A DNA stretch of 64,000 bases from IMG/VR virus record IMGVR_UViG_3300018080_000169; one strand, 5' to 3'. The notes beneath the pieces are model-generated. The model was not told where the DNA came from. It saw only the letters and a list, made by a program, of their open reading frames with translations, and did no database searches. The number at the start of each line of letters is the position of its first letter. Within the stretch, counting starts at the first letter, position 1. This DNA is from an uncultured virus (IMG/VR IMGVR_UViG_3300018080_000169) (Duplodnaviria; Heunggongvirae; Uroviricota; Caudoviricetes). The translations under genes were made by a program, and so were the position numbers. Of this stretch, positions 34,173-46,532 are shown piece after piece.

Positions 34173-34917
34173 TATGGTTGATTTTTATATCCATAAAGCA
34201 TGATGAAATCTAAAAGCATTTTTGTAGTGTACATATCCATATCTTCAAACGCTAAAAACTTATAAAATTCTTCTTCGTCTTCTTCCCAAGCGGGGAGAAC
34301 TGTTATTTTATCATTTTCTACTTTTTTAATTTCAAATTCTTCACCATTTATATTAACCATTAATTCTAAAAGAGCTAATTCTATTATTTTTTTATCAGAT
34401 TCTTTTACAACCAACTCAAGTTTGGTTTGTAAATCTTTTTCAGCTTTTGTTATTGTGTCTTTGGCTGCAACAATAATTTCTTGAACTTGTTTTTTATCCA
34501 TTTTATTTATCCTTTTTATTGTTAATTTTTAAAGCAATAAGAATAGGGAGAGATTATCTTCCTGCTCCCATTTCATTGTTTGGCATACCACCATCTTCAA
34601 CACCTTCAGATGGGTCAAATTCGCCTTCAAGAGTTCCAAATGGACATTCTTTATCATCTACAATATCGTCTAAATGGTCAAGGCATCCATCTTCAGACAA
34701 ATTCCTAAGTAAATGTGGTATTGCTTTTTCCATAATTTGCTCATCAGTTGAGTCGGCATCGGCAACAACTCTGGTTGTTACGACAACAGTTACTAATTTT
34801 GCTTTTTTCATTTTTTTCTCCTTTTTTATTATATAACGAATTTAATTTTTAAAGTAATGAAAAATCCCCCACTTAAATTTATCTGGTTCTTCAGATTTAA
34901 GTGGGGGAGAGATTGTA

Positions 34918-35721
34918 TTATTCAAACAGGTCAATTAATTCTTCTGCCTGCAATTTTTTCTTCAGTCGGGATACCAGTTTTTCAAGAAGTTTAGTCTTCT
35001 CATTTTCAACGCCTTTATCTTTCAGGGTAATTTTCAATTCAATCAATGTTTGCATTGGTGAAGACTTCTTCAGTTCTGTAAGATTTTTTGCAGTAGCTTT
35101 TCTTTTTGAGCCACCTTTTGTTTCAGCATTAACAATTGCTTTTTCAATCATTGACAGTTGCTTATCTACATCATCTGTGGACTTAATGATTTCAAGAACA
35201 GTGTTATCACTAATTTTTCCTTCAACAATTTTGTTTTGGACTGCCTTTGATGAATTTGCCAGTCTCAATACATTGGATACAAAAGAGGGAGAACGACCAA
35301 TCTTCTTTGGGATTTCAACCTGTGTGAATCCGAAATTAATTAATCGTTGGCAAATTAATCCTTCTTCATACGCTGTCAGTTTTTTACCATCATTGCAAAG
35401 GATTAAATCCATGGTTCTTTGTTCTTCGTTGTATCCTTTTGGAGCTAGCATAACAGGGACACGAGCAATTTCAACTCCTTCTTCTATGGCTTTCTGAATT
35501 GCTATCAGTCTTCTGTGTCCATCAATCAGGATGAATTTTTCATCTGTGCTTCTGTCTTTGTATCCTCTTAGGGGATTCTTTAATCCATTTTCTACAATGG
35601 AGTTTTTAAGCTCTTCAATGTCCCCCAAGTCAATTCTAACGTTGAAACCTTCTTTGATAATGATGTTGCGTGGGTCAACCATCATAACATCTTTTCTTTT
35701 GGTGCTGTTTAGTTCTTTCAT
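34918..35721 (-). CDS. ParB/RepB/Spo0J-family protein (ParB N-domain + HTH)
   Basis: EL..SI...G...P, LIDGHRR arginine patch, HTH TQVEI.KKIGRS.SFVSN.LRL. Confidence 0.85.
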   Translation of the reverse strand: MKELNSTKRKDVMMVDPRNIIIKEGFNVRIDLGDIEELKNSIVENGLKNPLRGYKDRSTDEKFILIDGHRRLIAIQKAIEEGVEIARVPVMLAPKGYNEEQRTMDLILCNDGKKLTAYEEGLICQRLINFGFTQVEIPKKIGRSPSFVSNVLRLANSSKAVQNKIVEGKISDNTVLEIIKSTDDVDKQLSMIEKAIVNAETKGGSKRKATAKNLTELKKSSPMQTLIELKITLKDKGVENEKTKLLEKLVSRLKKKLQAEELIDLFE

Positions 35722-36779
35722 AAGTTTAATTAAATTTAAAGGGTTAATAAATCGGATTATACAACTTTTTTATAAAAATTTCAGATTGAATTGCTGGAGT
35801 TAAATCTTCAAATGCAAATGTCAAAAACTTATCAGAAAAACCCTTTTCCTTTAACACTTCTTTCCTGTCATCTAATGACATGTTTTCCCATTTTTCTTTT
35901 AAGAACTCACGTGTTTCTTTGTCTGTTATATCAGCTACTAATCTTATCTTTATCATGCTTTAAAGTTTTGTAATCATAAAATAATCAAAGTCTTTTATTT
36001 GCTCATATAATTCTTCAATTCTTAACTTTGTTGTTTCGTTGGTGTCATCTTCTTCATCAGTCAAAATCTGATTTAATTTATCAACGCTAAAAACTTTATC
36101 ACCAATGGCTTCATTAGCATCAACAAACTCCTCATAACCTGCAATTCTTTCAAGAACATCAGAATATACCTGCCCACCAGAAATTTGAGCAACTTTTATA
36201 AATTCTATTGAATAAGCTGTTTTTTTCATTTTATTTTCTCCTTTTTATTATTATAACGAATTTAGTTTTTAAAGTAATGAATTAAACAATATTCATTATT
36301 TCAAAATACTCAACCAAATCATCAATGATTAAATCAAATCTTGGAACATAGTTATAAAAATTCTTGTCATAGTTCCAATAGTATCCGCCTTTTAAATCTG
36401 GTATCCTATTAGAACTTTCATATTTTTTATCAGTTATGTTCAGTCTCAATCTGTTGCTTTTTTCTTGCGTTAAAATATTAATGATTTTAACATCAATAAC
36501 TGCATATTCCCCGCTTGTGCCTGCTGTATCAAAACGAATTTCGGCAGACAAATTATTCTTTTCGTTTTTGAGAATAATTGTAGTGCTAATTCTTTTGTGA
36601 ATTTTAACAGGGAGATTTTTGATTAACTCCAAATAGAATTTTTCAGTAACTTCTTCTAATGAATATTTTTTACTTTTTTCAAACATGATTACTCCTTTTT
36701 ATTTATTATAACGAATTGAATTTTTGAAGTAATGAAATAAAAAGCCCCCACCACTCTATTTAAGTGGGGGAGAAATTTA

Positions 36780-37331
36780 TTATCTTGATTCTACCAAATC
36801 AAATTTTATTTCTGTAAATCCTTTTGGTTTTTCTTTTTCAATAGAGATTGTATCTCTTGCCCATGAACCAATTAATCCTTTTGGGTCTTTGTCTCTGAAA
36901 TCTCCACCACCTCTGCCGTTTCCTTCGCAAGTTAAAAGAGGGAGAGGATGAATTCTCCAATCGTCAGAATCTTTTTTAACTTTGGACTTATCAACAAATT
37001 CTTTTTTGTCGTGGTTTACAATGAAAGGGAATTTTTTGTTGTGTGCTTTAATGGCTTTAATATCTTCTTTCTCACGTGGGGAAATTTTAAAAGAATCTTT
37101 TGCCAGACCATAAAGATTACTTTTTCTGTTTTTTTCCTCATCTGCATAATCCCCTGCCCAAACAATGCGGTTTTTGAACCATTTGCCACCCTTAATCAAA
37201 AGAGTTTCAACAGCATTAACAAAATTGTTTAGAAGCCATGAGTGCTCCATTAATTTAAGACCATTGCTATAATCGTGTGAGTATAGCCATTCTTTGTTAT
37301 CCAGATTTACTGGTTTGTAATATTGACCCAT
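36780..37331 (-). CDS. conserved phage hypothetical protein
   Basis: MGQYY..VN.D..E, GLKLMEHSW, RIVWAGDYAD. Confidence 0.6.
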   Translation of the reverse strand: MGQYYKPVNLDNKEWLYSHDYSNGLKLMEHSWLLNNFVNAVETLLIKGGKWFKNRIVWAGDYADEEKNRKSNLYGLAKDSFKISPREKEDIKAIKAHNKKFPFIVNHDKKEFVDKSKVKKDSDDWRIHPLPLLTCEGNGRGGGDFRDKDPKGLIGSWARDTISIEKEKPKGFTEIKFDLVESR

Positions 37332-38710
37332 AATTTTTTCTCCTTTTTTTAATTAATGAATTTTATTGTTATAACGAATTGAATTTTTGAAGTAATGGGA
37401 TTATTCTTTTTCTCCTACAACTTTTCTTAATGTTTCAATAGCAATAGTTCTCATATTCTCAAAGTCTCCTTTTACATCTTTAACTGGAGTATCATCATCA
37501 AAAGCTTGTTCGCTAATATTTTCTAACGCTTCAATCATAATATCTACACCAGTCTCTACATCAGCTACCAATTTTTTAACAGTAGAGTTTGCAACGGGGA
37601 GACTTTCAAAAATTGTTTTAAAGTTTTTGGCAATTTCAGCAATAGCTTCAACTATATCTATACTCAAACCGTCATTGAAATTATAAAATTGAATAAGTCT
37701 ATCGTATTCAATTAAAGCAATAGGGTTTTTTTCACTGCTTGAATCTGTTATTAAAATTCCTTTTAGTTTATTAGTGGTTTCTTCTTGTCTTTCTAATCTT
37801 AAATTATTTCTCATTTTTTCTCCTTTTTTATTATATAACGAATAAAAATTTTGAAGTAATGTTTTATTTATAATGAATATATTTAAAGTTTGGTTTTCCT
37901 ATTTGTCCTACAAACTCACCAAAATAATCACCCTCATTTTCTTGTGAAATTTGTATTGTAAGCCAACCATTTTTGTCTTCACCAGATTTTTCATTCTCAC
38001 AAAAAGTTAGGGAGAAGTCTAAACTGTCAATTATTTCGTAAACTTCATGTTCTGTATAAGTTGCTGTACCTGTTATTATGTTTAACAATAATTCATTTGC
38101 TCTTTTAAATTTGCTCAATGAATTTAAAAACTCAATAAATTTATTTTCACTTTTTAATATTTCAAACCTGTCAAAAATAAATCTCTGTAACTCAAGAGCA
38201 ATGTTTAAGTTTCTTTCCTCATTGCCTAATAAATGTTTAAAGAATGTTTTATTTAATCCTGCAATCAAAATACCATACATTCCATCTTCAGATTTATAAA
38301 CAAGAGTGTAAATAAATTTGCTTCGTTTTTTTAAAATAATGTTTTCGTCTTTTATTATTTTCATTATTTTAAAATATAGAATACATTATATAATCATCAG
38401 TATCCTCATTTGGTAAGCTATCAAGGTCTTTTTTAAGTGCCTCAATTACTTCTTTTGGGAGTTCAAGTTCTTCTGCTTTTTCAATAGCTTCTCTTATTGT
38501 ATCAGCAGTAACTTCAATTTCACCGCCCCCACTTAAATTTAGATTGTCTAAAGAATCTTCGTGGGATAAAAAGAAGTTAAATAATTTATCATGGTCAGCC
38601 AAGTTAAAGCTTGGGACTTTTTCATATTTTATTTTTATTACTCTGTATGCTCTTAACATAATTTTTTCTCCTTTTTTTTATAAAACGAATTAGAAATTTA
38701 AAGTAATGAA

Positions 38711-38938
38711 TTATTTATAATTTAAAATTTCAATCAACTGTTCTTTTTTATTCCAACAAATAATAACGCCTTTTTTTTCAGTATCTTCATCATCTTCAAA
38801 GACATCAGCGTTTGGGAAAAAAGTTAAATCATTCATAATTTCTATTTTGCCCCAATCTTCCTCTTTTTTTTCTATTTTTCTTATATCATCAAAGTAAAAA
38901 TCTGGGCTTCTATGTATGACTTTAATTTTTGGTTTCAT
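38711..38938 (-). CDS. hypothetical protein, paralog of 45628-45852
   Basis: Identical N-terminus MKPKIKVIHRSPDFYFDDIRKIE. Confidence 0.7.
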   Translation of the reverse strand: MKPKIKVIHRSPDFYFDDIRKIEKKEEDWGKIEIMNDLTFFPNADVFEDDEDTEKKGVIICWNKKEQLIEILNYK

Positions 38939-39362
38939 AGTGTTTTTATTTATATAACGAATTTAATTTTTAAAGTAACGAAGTTGACGAAGACATAATG
39001 ATTTTATCTTATTCTTCCACCTAATTCATCATAGTCATCTGGTATATCTTCATAATTGCTAACAATAGTCTCAACTCCACCAACCATTGCATAAATTGTC
39101 GGCTCCTCAATATCCCCTTCAAAAATAGGGATAAGTCTCCAACGAGTTTGGTCTTTCAAAAGTATTACTAAACAAGTCTCCAAAGGTAAAACTTCAAAAC
39201 TGTAATAATCTTCAGGATATTCTCCGTTCATATCAGCTACTTGAAAACCTAATAATTTTCTTCCATTTATTTCTAATTTCATAGCGTTTTTATTTATATA
39301 ACGAATTTAATTTTTAAAGTAATGAAAATCCCCCCACTCAATTTAAGTGGGGGAGAGTTAAT

Positions 39363-39746
39363 TTATTCTTTGCCTTTTTTAAGTTCTTCTTCAAATTGTT
39401 TCATGCCGTAGATGTCTTCAAAATACTCTTTAAAATTTCCGTCATCTGCTGAAAAATAATAGCCGTCAGTTATCAGCATTATATCAGCATTAAACTCAAC
39501 AATACTGCCTATTTCTCCAAGCAATTTTATTGCCAACTGTACTTGCCACTCAAGATTTTGTACTCTACTTGAGCTTAACTCAAACGAAAGAAAGTCGCCA
39601 ATCCTTTTAGGACAGGAGAGGTCAGCATCCCCATTAAATTTTTCTTTTGCAATTTTGTTGAAATCAACAAAAACTTTTTCGGCTTCTTTTGCTTTTTTTT
39701 CTGTTTCAAATGTAATACCTACTGATGAATAAGCTGGTTGTCCCAT
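39363..39746 (-). CDS. hypothetical protein, paralog of 40917-41300
   Basis: Both 127 aa, colinear, highly similar. Confidence 0.7.
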   Translation of the reverse strand: MGQPAYSSVGITFETEKKAKEAEKVFVDFNKIAKEKFNGDADLSCPKRIGDFLSFELSSSRVQNLEWQVQLAIKLLGEIGSIVEFNADIMLITDGYYFSADDGNFKEYFEDIYGMKQFEEELKKGKE

Positions 39747-39774
39747 TGTTTTATATTTTAATTAATAAATAAGT

Positions 39775-40272
39775 TTATTCAAATTTTGCTTGTTTCTCTA
39801 CACACTGTCCGTTTTCAAAAACCCATCTCCATTTTTCACCATCTTCACCAACCATTTCAATAAAACTGCCTTCCTTAACAAATGGTGCTATTGCTTTAAA
39901 AAATGAGCTTTCATTTCCTATTTTTTCTCCTTCAAAAAGAATATCTGTAATATAAAAATCTTCTTTTTCCCCTTCAATTTTTGTAATTAAATCAGAGATT
40001 TTCTCTATGTTTCCAGTTTTTTGAATTGCTTTTAAATGATTAACAACTTGAGCTTTGCTTAATACTTTAGGTATATTAACATCAGCAGACCAACCTAAAT
40101 TATATAATGCTTCTTCCAATGTCTTAACATCTAAAATTTCTCTTTGAATATTATTAATCCATGATATTCTGCTTTGTGTTTGTGCAAACTCTTTTAAAGC
40201 CCTTAATGCTTCTGGATGGTTTTTGACTTTAATTTTAAAGTTGCTATCAGTTTGTCTCATACAGTAACCCAT
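39775..40272 (-). CDS. hypothetical phage protein
   Basis: C-terminal IAPFV..GSFIEM.GEDG..WRW; own class II promoter and AGGAG. Confidence 0.6.
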   Translation of the reverse strand: MGYCMRQTDSNFKIKVKNHPEALRALKEFAQTQSRISWINNIQREILDVKTLEEALYNLGWSADVNIPKVLSKAQVVNHLKAIQKTGNIEKISDLITKIEGEKEDFYITDILFEGEKIGNESSFFKAIAPFVKEGSFIEMVGEDGEKWRWVFENGQCVEKQAKFE

Positions 40273-40916
40273 AATATTTCTCCTTTTTTTTATTTATATA
40301 ACGAATTTAATTTTTAAAGTAATGAAATATCTTTTAATAATTCTTTTAAGAATTTTATAGTCATACTTTCTAAATTATTATGTAACCAATAACTATCATT
40401 TTTTAATCCACCATTCCACCCTATCATTCCATAATATTTACTTTGGTCTAATTCCCAAACTAAATCTGCATTATATTTTGTTATTTTATCAATTAAATTT
40501 TCTTTTGTCATTTGTTTTATTTATATAACGAATTATGTTTTTGAAGTAATGGAAAATCTTTGCATAAATTTAATTTGAATAATGTTTAAATTAACTTTAC
40601 TTCATCAGGATATACTAATTGATAATCTATTTTTCCTTCACCTGTTTTTAAAACTAAAAGTTTTTCTCCATTTAGTTCATCAAAATCTATTACCTTATAC
40701 GTTTTGTTGCTTTTGAAATGTTTGCCCCAATAGCTTAATTTTCTTTTTAATTTTCTTAACGGCTTTACCGAAGAACCAATTTTAATTGTTGTTTTCTTTT
40801 TAAATTTATTCATTTTTTTTTGTTTATAATTAATATTTTCTTTTTATTAATATAACGAAATAAAATTATAAAGTAATAAAAAAAACCCCCACTTAATTTA
40901 AGCGGGGGAGAGTTTT

Positions 40917-41300
40917 TTATTTTTCTTCCTTTTTTAAACTTTCTTCAAATTCTTTCATGCCATAGGTATTTTCAAAATGTTCTTTAAAGTCTCCTTCATC
41001 AGCACAAAAGTAATATCCGTCAGAGAGTATCATAATATCAGCATTAAATTCAACAATCCCGCCTATTTCTCCTAACAATTTTATTGCTAATTGTACTTGC
41101 CATTCACAATTTGGAGTTCTGCCTGAGCTTAACTCAAATGACACATAATCCCCTTCACGTCTTAAATCTGAAATATATGCATCTCCATTATACTTTTCTT
41201 GTGCAATCTTGTTGAAATCTTTAAAGATTTTTTCAGCTTCAATTGCTTTTTCTTCGGTTTCAAATGTAACGCCTACTGGCGAATAAGTTGCTTGTCCCAT
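40917..41300 (-). CDS. hypothetical protein, paralog of 39363-39746
   Basis: Colinear similarity; same downstream hairpin. Confidence 0.7.
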   Translation of the reverse strand: MGQATYSPVGVTFETEEKAIEAEKIFKDFNKIAQEKYNGDAYISDLRREGDYVSFELSSGRTPNCEWQVQLAIKLLGEIGGIVEFNADIMILSDGYYFCADEGDFKEHFENTYGMKEFEESLKKEEK

Positions 41301-43601
41301 AATTTTCTCCTTTTTTTGTTTATATAACGAATTAAAATTTTAAAGTAATGAATTATACAACCCAATATATTGATGTAACATTTTCTTCATATCCGAAATG
41401 ACATTCAAGTCCTATATTTTTAATTAATGAGGGGTGTTCATCTGTTATGCTTTGCAGGGAGAGAGGTTTAATTATAACTGCTAAATAATCCCCTGTCTCC
41501 AGATAATCAGATGACAATTTCATTATTGTATATGTTTTGCTATTTAGTTCAACATCAACTTCTGAAAAGTTTGTAGTATTTCTGTTTATTTTTGCCAAAA
41601 TTTGTTTTGTTAATTTTTTAACAATTTCAAAAACTTTTGGCTCGTCTTTTTCTTTTAATAAAATATGTTGTGCCATTTTTTTAATTTTTAATTGTTTTCA
41701 AAATCAAGCCCGCTTAATATTTCTGTTACAAATTTATCTTTACCTCTATCAAAATAAATATGATAAACAGTTCCAGTTTTTGAATTTTCAATTTGAGCAG
41801 AAATTGTACCTTCCCTCAACACTGGTATTAATCCCGCAATAAGTTCTGAAGCTCTTGTTTTAGCTTCTGCGAAAGGTCCTTCAAAAGTTTCAATATAGTT
41901 TAACTCTTGCCCTTCGTTTAATGGCTGAATATAAAATAATTCTTTTTTCATAGCGTTTTTTTTATATAACGAATGGAAAATTTAAAGTAATGAAAAATTA
42001 AGGATTAATATAGTTTTCTATATATACTCTTTCTATATTGAATCCTTTATCAGTTAATTCTTCAATAAACTGGTCAGGATAATCAAATCCTTTATTGTAA
42101 AAGAGTTCAAATTTTTCTCTTAATAAATTCTCATTCATATCAGTTTTAACTAACATGATAACACTTTCTCCGTCAGTATCTACTAAATTGTAAATTTTGC
42201 GTTCATCTAATTGTGGAAGAGATTGAGTAATTTCATCAACGTGGTCTTCTTCAACGTATAAACCTGCACTTTCTTTCATTGCTTTTCTTTCTTCTTCATT
42301 TGAAGTGAAATAATCAATGAAATTTTCAATAATCATAAGTTTAATTTCTTCTGTTTTTTTCATAGCGTTTTTGTTTATATAACGAATTTAATTTTTAAAG
42401 TAATGGAAAACTATATTATTTCAATACCCTGTATATATTCAGGATATATAATTCTTTGTATCTGACTGCAATTTGTGCAATTAATATGAGCAGGGAGATA
42501 GCCATGTTCTTTGAAATTCTTAATCAAAATATCTTCAATATCTGTACCCTCAAAAGAATAAGTTACTTGTTCATCATCACAATCAAAACAATTAAAATGA
42601 ATAACAAGTTCTTTGTCCTTATTTTCTTCTAACTTTTTGATTAAGTCTTTTTTGTTTTCAATTTTAATAAACATTATCCCTCCCCTTTAATCTTGTTCTT
42701 CTCTAAAATCTCCAACATAAATTTCTCCGATTTCTTCCATTCTTTTAATAGCTTCTTCAAGAGTGTCAAAATGCCCTACACTCCTGGTCTCCTCATCTTT
42801 CAGGTCTTTATATGTTTCTTCACCTGTTTCAGTATTAGTGGTTTGTTCCTCAACAATAATCCACAATTTGTAACTTTTCTTTTCCATTTTTTTTTTCTCC
42901 TTTTTAATGTATATAACGAATTAAAATTTTAAAGTAATGAATTTGCAGGGAGAGATTTTAATGTTTTAATAATTTCTCTTTCAAATTCATACGTAGGTCT
43001 ATTATCAAACTTAGAATGATTAATACCTATATTATTTGCAATTCTTTCTAATGCTCTAATATATTTTATATCAGAAGAAAATTTATCAGATATATCATCA
43101 AACAATTTTTCATCACCTTTTAACCCTGCGTCAATCAACTGAAGAGTTAATGAAATATTGTTTTTTTCTTTCTCTATTTCTTTTAAATCAGAAATAAAAT
43201 TGTTTAATCGCTTAGTGTTCATATTAATATAACGAATTTAATTTTTAAAGTAATGAAATTATTTTTTTGGCTCATTTAACAATTTTCTAATTATTTTACT
43301 TCCACCACTACAACAATCAATACTTTCCCAAAAATTTGCTCCAATTTCTTCACAAATTTCTTTAAAGTGAAGTGCAGTATCTCTAATTACTGCTTCAACT
43401 TCTTCTTTTTCTTCTTCAATATCTTTTTCATTATCAATAAAATCGTAGGGAGAAGAAGAAAACATTGAAACAGTATATTCAACACACTCCTTAATTATTT
43501 GTTTGCCATCTCCCTCCAATACGCTTTTTGGATACATTTTAAAATCTCCTTTTGTTAAATTATTAAAAACCCCCACTCAATTTAAGTGGGGGAGAGTTAA
43601 T

Positions 43602-44582
43602 TTATTTTTCGCCTAAGACTTTTAAATTTTCTTTAGCAAACCCCATTTTTTCTACAACCTTTTGAATATCAGCTATTGCTTTATAGCTATCATATTCACT
43701 ATCTCCTTTTGCTAATCCAAATCCTTCACCATCAAAACCGTCCATCAAAGTAGCGGGAGACAGCTCATAATTCGTAAACTTTTCAATATCAACTTTTCGG
43801 GTAAAAAGCATAGGGTCCAACCATTCTTTTGGATTCATGTTTTCAATATTGAAAAAATGCAAATGATGTCCGTGCAATTTCTTAATTAATCTTTTTTCAA
43901 TTTCCTGCAAATCCAGCAAACAATCATCAACATATTTAGACATATCCCCGTAAGAATTATCTATATAAGCATCCTTTTTAAACTGGTCTGTCATAAAATC
44001 AGTATTTTTCAATTTGCTTAATATATTACCTTCAAACTTTGAGGATAAACACATTCTGAAGCACTGATACTGTATGCTTTCTAATACTTCATTTAAAACT
44101 GGTATAGCTTTGCCGTTTCTTATTTTCAAAGGAGCCAGTAAAAATCTGCCTTCATCGCTTACATAAATTTCTCCTTTAGGCACTGCATTTGAAATTTCAA
44201 TTAATGCTTGTAATACCATTAAAGAATTTAGCTCATTGCCCTGTGTTTTGGTAAACCCTCCAACTTTTCTTTTGCTTTCATTTACAGGTATAATAAAACC
44301 TTTTTTCACAAGTTCATTAAATATTTCAAAATGATTAAACCCTTTGTCTTTTAATTCTTTGTGTTTGCCTTTATAAAACTCATCAAAAGTTTTGTGGTCA
44401 GCAAATTTATCCCAATTCGGATAAGAGCTTGTCGGGTCCAAATCAAACCACTCACAAGTCCAAAGTTTTGAAAATGGCTCATTCGCATATTTGTTATTAA
44501 TTTCACAAATTTTCTGTAATTCATTTTGGGTGAAATTAGAGCCGTCTGTTTTTTTAATATTGTAATTCAATGTTCTTCCCAT
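43602..44582 (-). CDS. hypothetical protein
   Basis: 326 aa ORF between a class II promoter and a hairpin. Confidence 0.65.
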   Translation of the reverse strand: MGRTLNYNIKKTDGSNFTQNELQKICEINNKYANEPFSKLWTCEWFDLDPTSSYPNWDKFADHKTFDEFYKGKHKELKDKGFNHFEIFNELVKKGFIIPVNESKRKVGGFTKTQGNELNSLMVLQALIEISNAVPKGEIYVSDEGRFLLAPLKIRNGKAIPVLNEVLESIQYQCFRMCLSSKFEGNILSKLKNTDFMTDQFKKDAYIDNSYGDMSKYVDDCLLDLQEIEKRLIKKLHGHHLHFFNIENMNPKEWLDPMLFTRKVDIEKFTNYELSPATLMDGFDGEGFGLAKGDSEYDSYKAIADIQKVVEKMGFAKENLKVLGEK

Positions 44583-45069
44583 AATTTTAAATTTTTTTAG
44601 GTTAATAATTTTATTTATATAGCGAATTAAAATAATGAAGTAATGAATGTTGATATTAAACCTATTAAAAACACAACAACTAATATTAACAATCCATTTA
44701 ATACTCCTTTTAATGCTTCTTTTCTCATAGCGTTTTGTTTATATAACGAAATTAATTTTAAAAGTAATGAAATTATTTATTAAAAGAGTCTTTCAATATT
44801 TTATAAAGTTTTCCTATTGTAGATTTTAAAACACGCTGTTCTTTTGCAAGTCTGTTTATTTCTCTTTTGTTTTGTGATATTTTATGTTGTGCATCAGAAA
44901 GTTCTCTTTCTATCATTAACTTGCACTTTTCATATACTTCTTTTTTAATATTCATAGTATTTTTTATTTATATAACGAATTTTAATTTTAAAGTAATGAA
45001 AAAATTTGACTTTTTGTAACTTTTTTTATATCTTTGCGTATAAAAGAAAAAATTAGACTATTTATATAT

Positions 45070-45147
45070 TGCGAGGTGGAGCAGTGGTAGCTCGCCAGGC
45101 TCATAACCTGGAGGTCGTCTCAAACGGTTCGAACCCTACCCTCGCTA
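45070..45147 (+). tRNA. tRNA-Met(CAT), initiator-like, with an insertion in the T-stem
   Basis: Acceptor TGCGAGG/CCTCGCT with 1:72 mismatch; anticodon arm CCAGG-CTCATAA-CCTGG; TTCGAAC T-loop; 5' T-stem reads GTCTCAAACGG instead of GTAGG. Confidence 0.75.
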
Positions 45148-45164
45148 CTAAATAAAACACTGAA

Positions 45165-45242
45165 ATGAAAAACTTAAACTACATAGCAGTTGAGAGTGAA
45201 CGTGAGGAGGAAAACTCTTTACATTGCTCTACTATTGGTTAA
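45165..45242 (+). CDS. putative Glu-rich leader peptide MKNLNYIAVESEREEENSLHCSTIG
   Basis: 25 codons, 5 Glu in 7 codons; stop overlaps the antiterminator arm. Confidence 0.55.
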   Translation: MKNLNYIAVESEREEENSLHCSTIG

Positions 45243-45268
45243 AGTGGAATCATATTCGGGAAAAAACC

Positions 45269-45303
45269 AAAGGGAGAGCAATTAATTTTGTTCTCCTTTT
45301 TTT
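45269..45303 (+). terminator. intrinsic terminator (attenuator-like) upstream of the tRNA-like gene
   Basis: AAAGGGAGAGCAA/TTGTTCTCCTTT stem followed by a T run. Confidence 0.7.
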
Positions 45304-45309
45304 ATATAT

Positions 45310-45381
45310 GCTCGGTTCGTCTAATTGGTTAGGATTTCAGACCTTAATCTGAAGATTGGGATTCAAGTTCCCAACCGAGTG
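45310..45381 (+). tRNA. tRNA-like gene with a Glu-type body and a non-canonical 6-nt anticodon loop (CCTTAA)
   Basis: Acceptor GCTCGGT/ACCGAGT; D region TCGTCTAATTGGTTAGGA; TCAGA/TCTGA stem; TGGGA-TTCAAGT-TCCCA T-arm; isotype ambiguous (Glu or Lys-CTT). Confidence 0.7.
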
Positions 45382-45627
45382 CTTAATAATCAATTATTTA
45401 TATTATTTTGAATTAGTAACTTCGTGGTCTGTTATTTCAGTATCAACTATTTCAGCTCCTTCAGTTTCAGAAATAAAATCATAATCCATTTCATTAATCA
45501 CTTCAGATATTTCAATGCCTTCTTCAACTTCAATTATTAATCTTGCTTTAACTGTAACATATACTTTTCTCATTTTATTTTCTCCTTTTTGTTAATATAA
45601 CGAATTAATAATTTAAAGTAATTAAAT

Positions 45628-45852
45628 TTATTTATAATTAAGTATTTCAATTTGATTTTCTTCTTCATTCCAACAAATTATAATTCCCCTTCTTTCTTTA
45701 GCATTATAAATTTCATCGTCATCATTGGGAAGAAAAGTCAAATCATTTAAAATTTCTATTTTATCCCAATCGTTTTCTCTTTCTTCAATTTTTCTTATAT
45801 CATCAAAGTAAAAATCTGGGCTTCTGTGAATAACTTTAATTTTTGGTTTCAT
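45628..45852 (-). CDS. hypothetical protein, paralog of 38711-38938
   Basis: Shared N- and C-termini (...IEILNYK). Confidence 0.7.
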   Translation of the reverse strand: MKPKIKVIHRSPDFYFDDIRKIEERENDWDKIEILNDLTFLPNDDDEIYNAKERRGIIICWNEEENQIEILNYK

Positions 45853-46532
45853 AGTAATTTTTATTTATATAACGAATTGATTTTTTAAAGTAATGAAAGG
45901 GAGAATTTTAAGTTTCCATTTCTTCAATTTGTTCCAAAATTGCAATTAAGTGGTCAGTGCTTAATTCAGTAAAATTAATAGACGTCTGATATTCTGACAT
46001 ATATGAAATTTCAGCTACATCAAATCTTACTGTATCAATTACCTCATTAAATTGGTCATCAACTGCTGTGTAAGTAATGGGATGCTTTAGCGGAATGCCC
46101 TCATCTGCCATACCTGACATTTCAGCAATAACCATTATTCTGGCAACTTCATCATTGATTGCTTTAATTAATAAGGTTCTTAATTCTTCAAATCTTCTGT
46201 TAAAGTCTTCTGATTTTTCCATAAGTCAAAATTTTTATTTATATAACGAATTTAATTTTTAAAGTAATGAATTTAATTTATATCTTTTTTACCTTTTGAA
46301 ATTTCATATCTTAAGTCATCAAACTTGTTCGCTTTTTCAAATATTGGTTTTGTTATTTTATCATTTAACAAACCCCTGTTTTCTTTAACAATTTCAATAT
46401 AAGAGCCATATACCCACTCTAAAGCAAACTCAATCATTTTTATTTCTTCTGGTGTTAATCCCAATTTTCTTTTTTCCATAACCTTTTATTTATATAACGA
46501 ATTTAATTTTTAAAGTAATGAAAAAGGGAGAC

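Larger units (their letters stand above)
3578..45036. promoter_or_regulatory. Bacteroidota-type housekeeping promoters, TTTG-N19/20-TAnnTTTG (7 dispersed copies)
   Basis: 3578-3609(-), 12063-12094(-), 12109-12140(+), 18448-18478(-), 20995-21026(-), 28449-28480(-, CTTG), 45005-45036(+, upstream of the tRNAs). Confidence 0.65.

Noticed and set aside
38948..38960. T4 late promoter TATAAATA inside class II units
   Set aside because: Present in only some copies as part of the A/T-rich tail; the conserved elements are CATTAC and CGTTATA
45310..45381. Ochre suppressor tRNA (TTA) or stop-codon recoding
   Set aside because: The loop is 6 nt without U33; TAA is the dominant stop and recognisable genes are full length in the standard code
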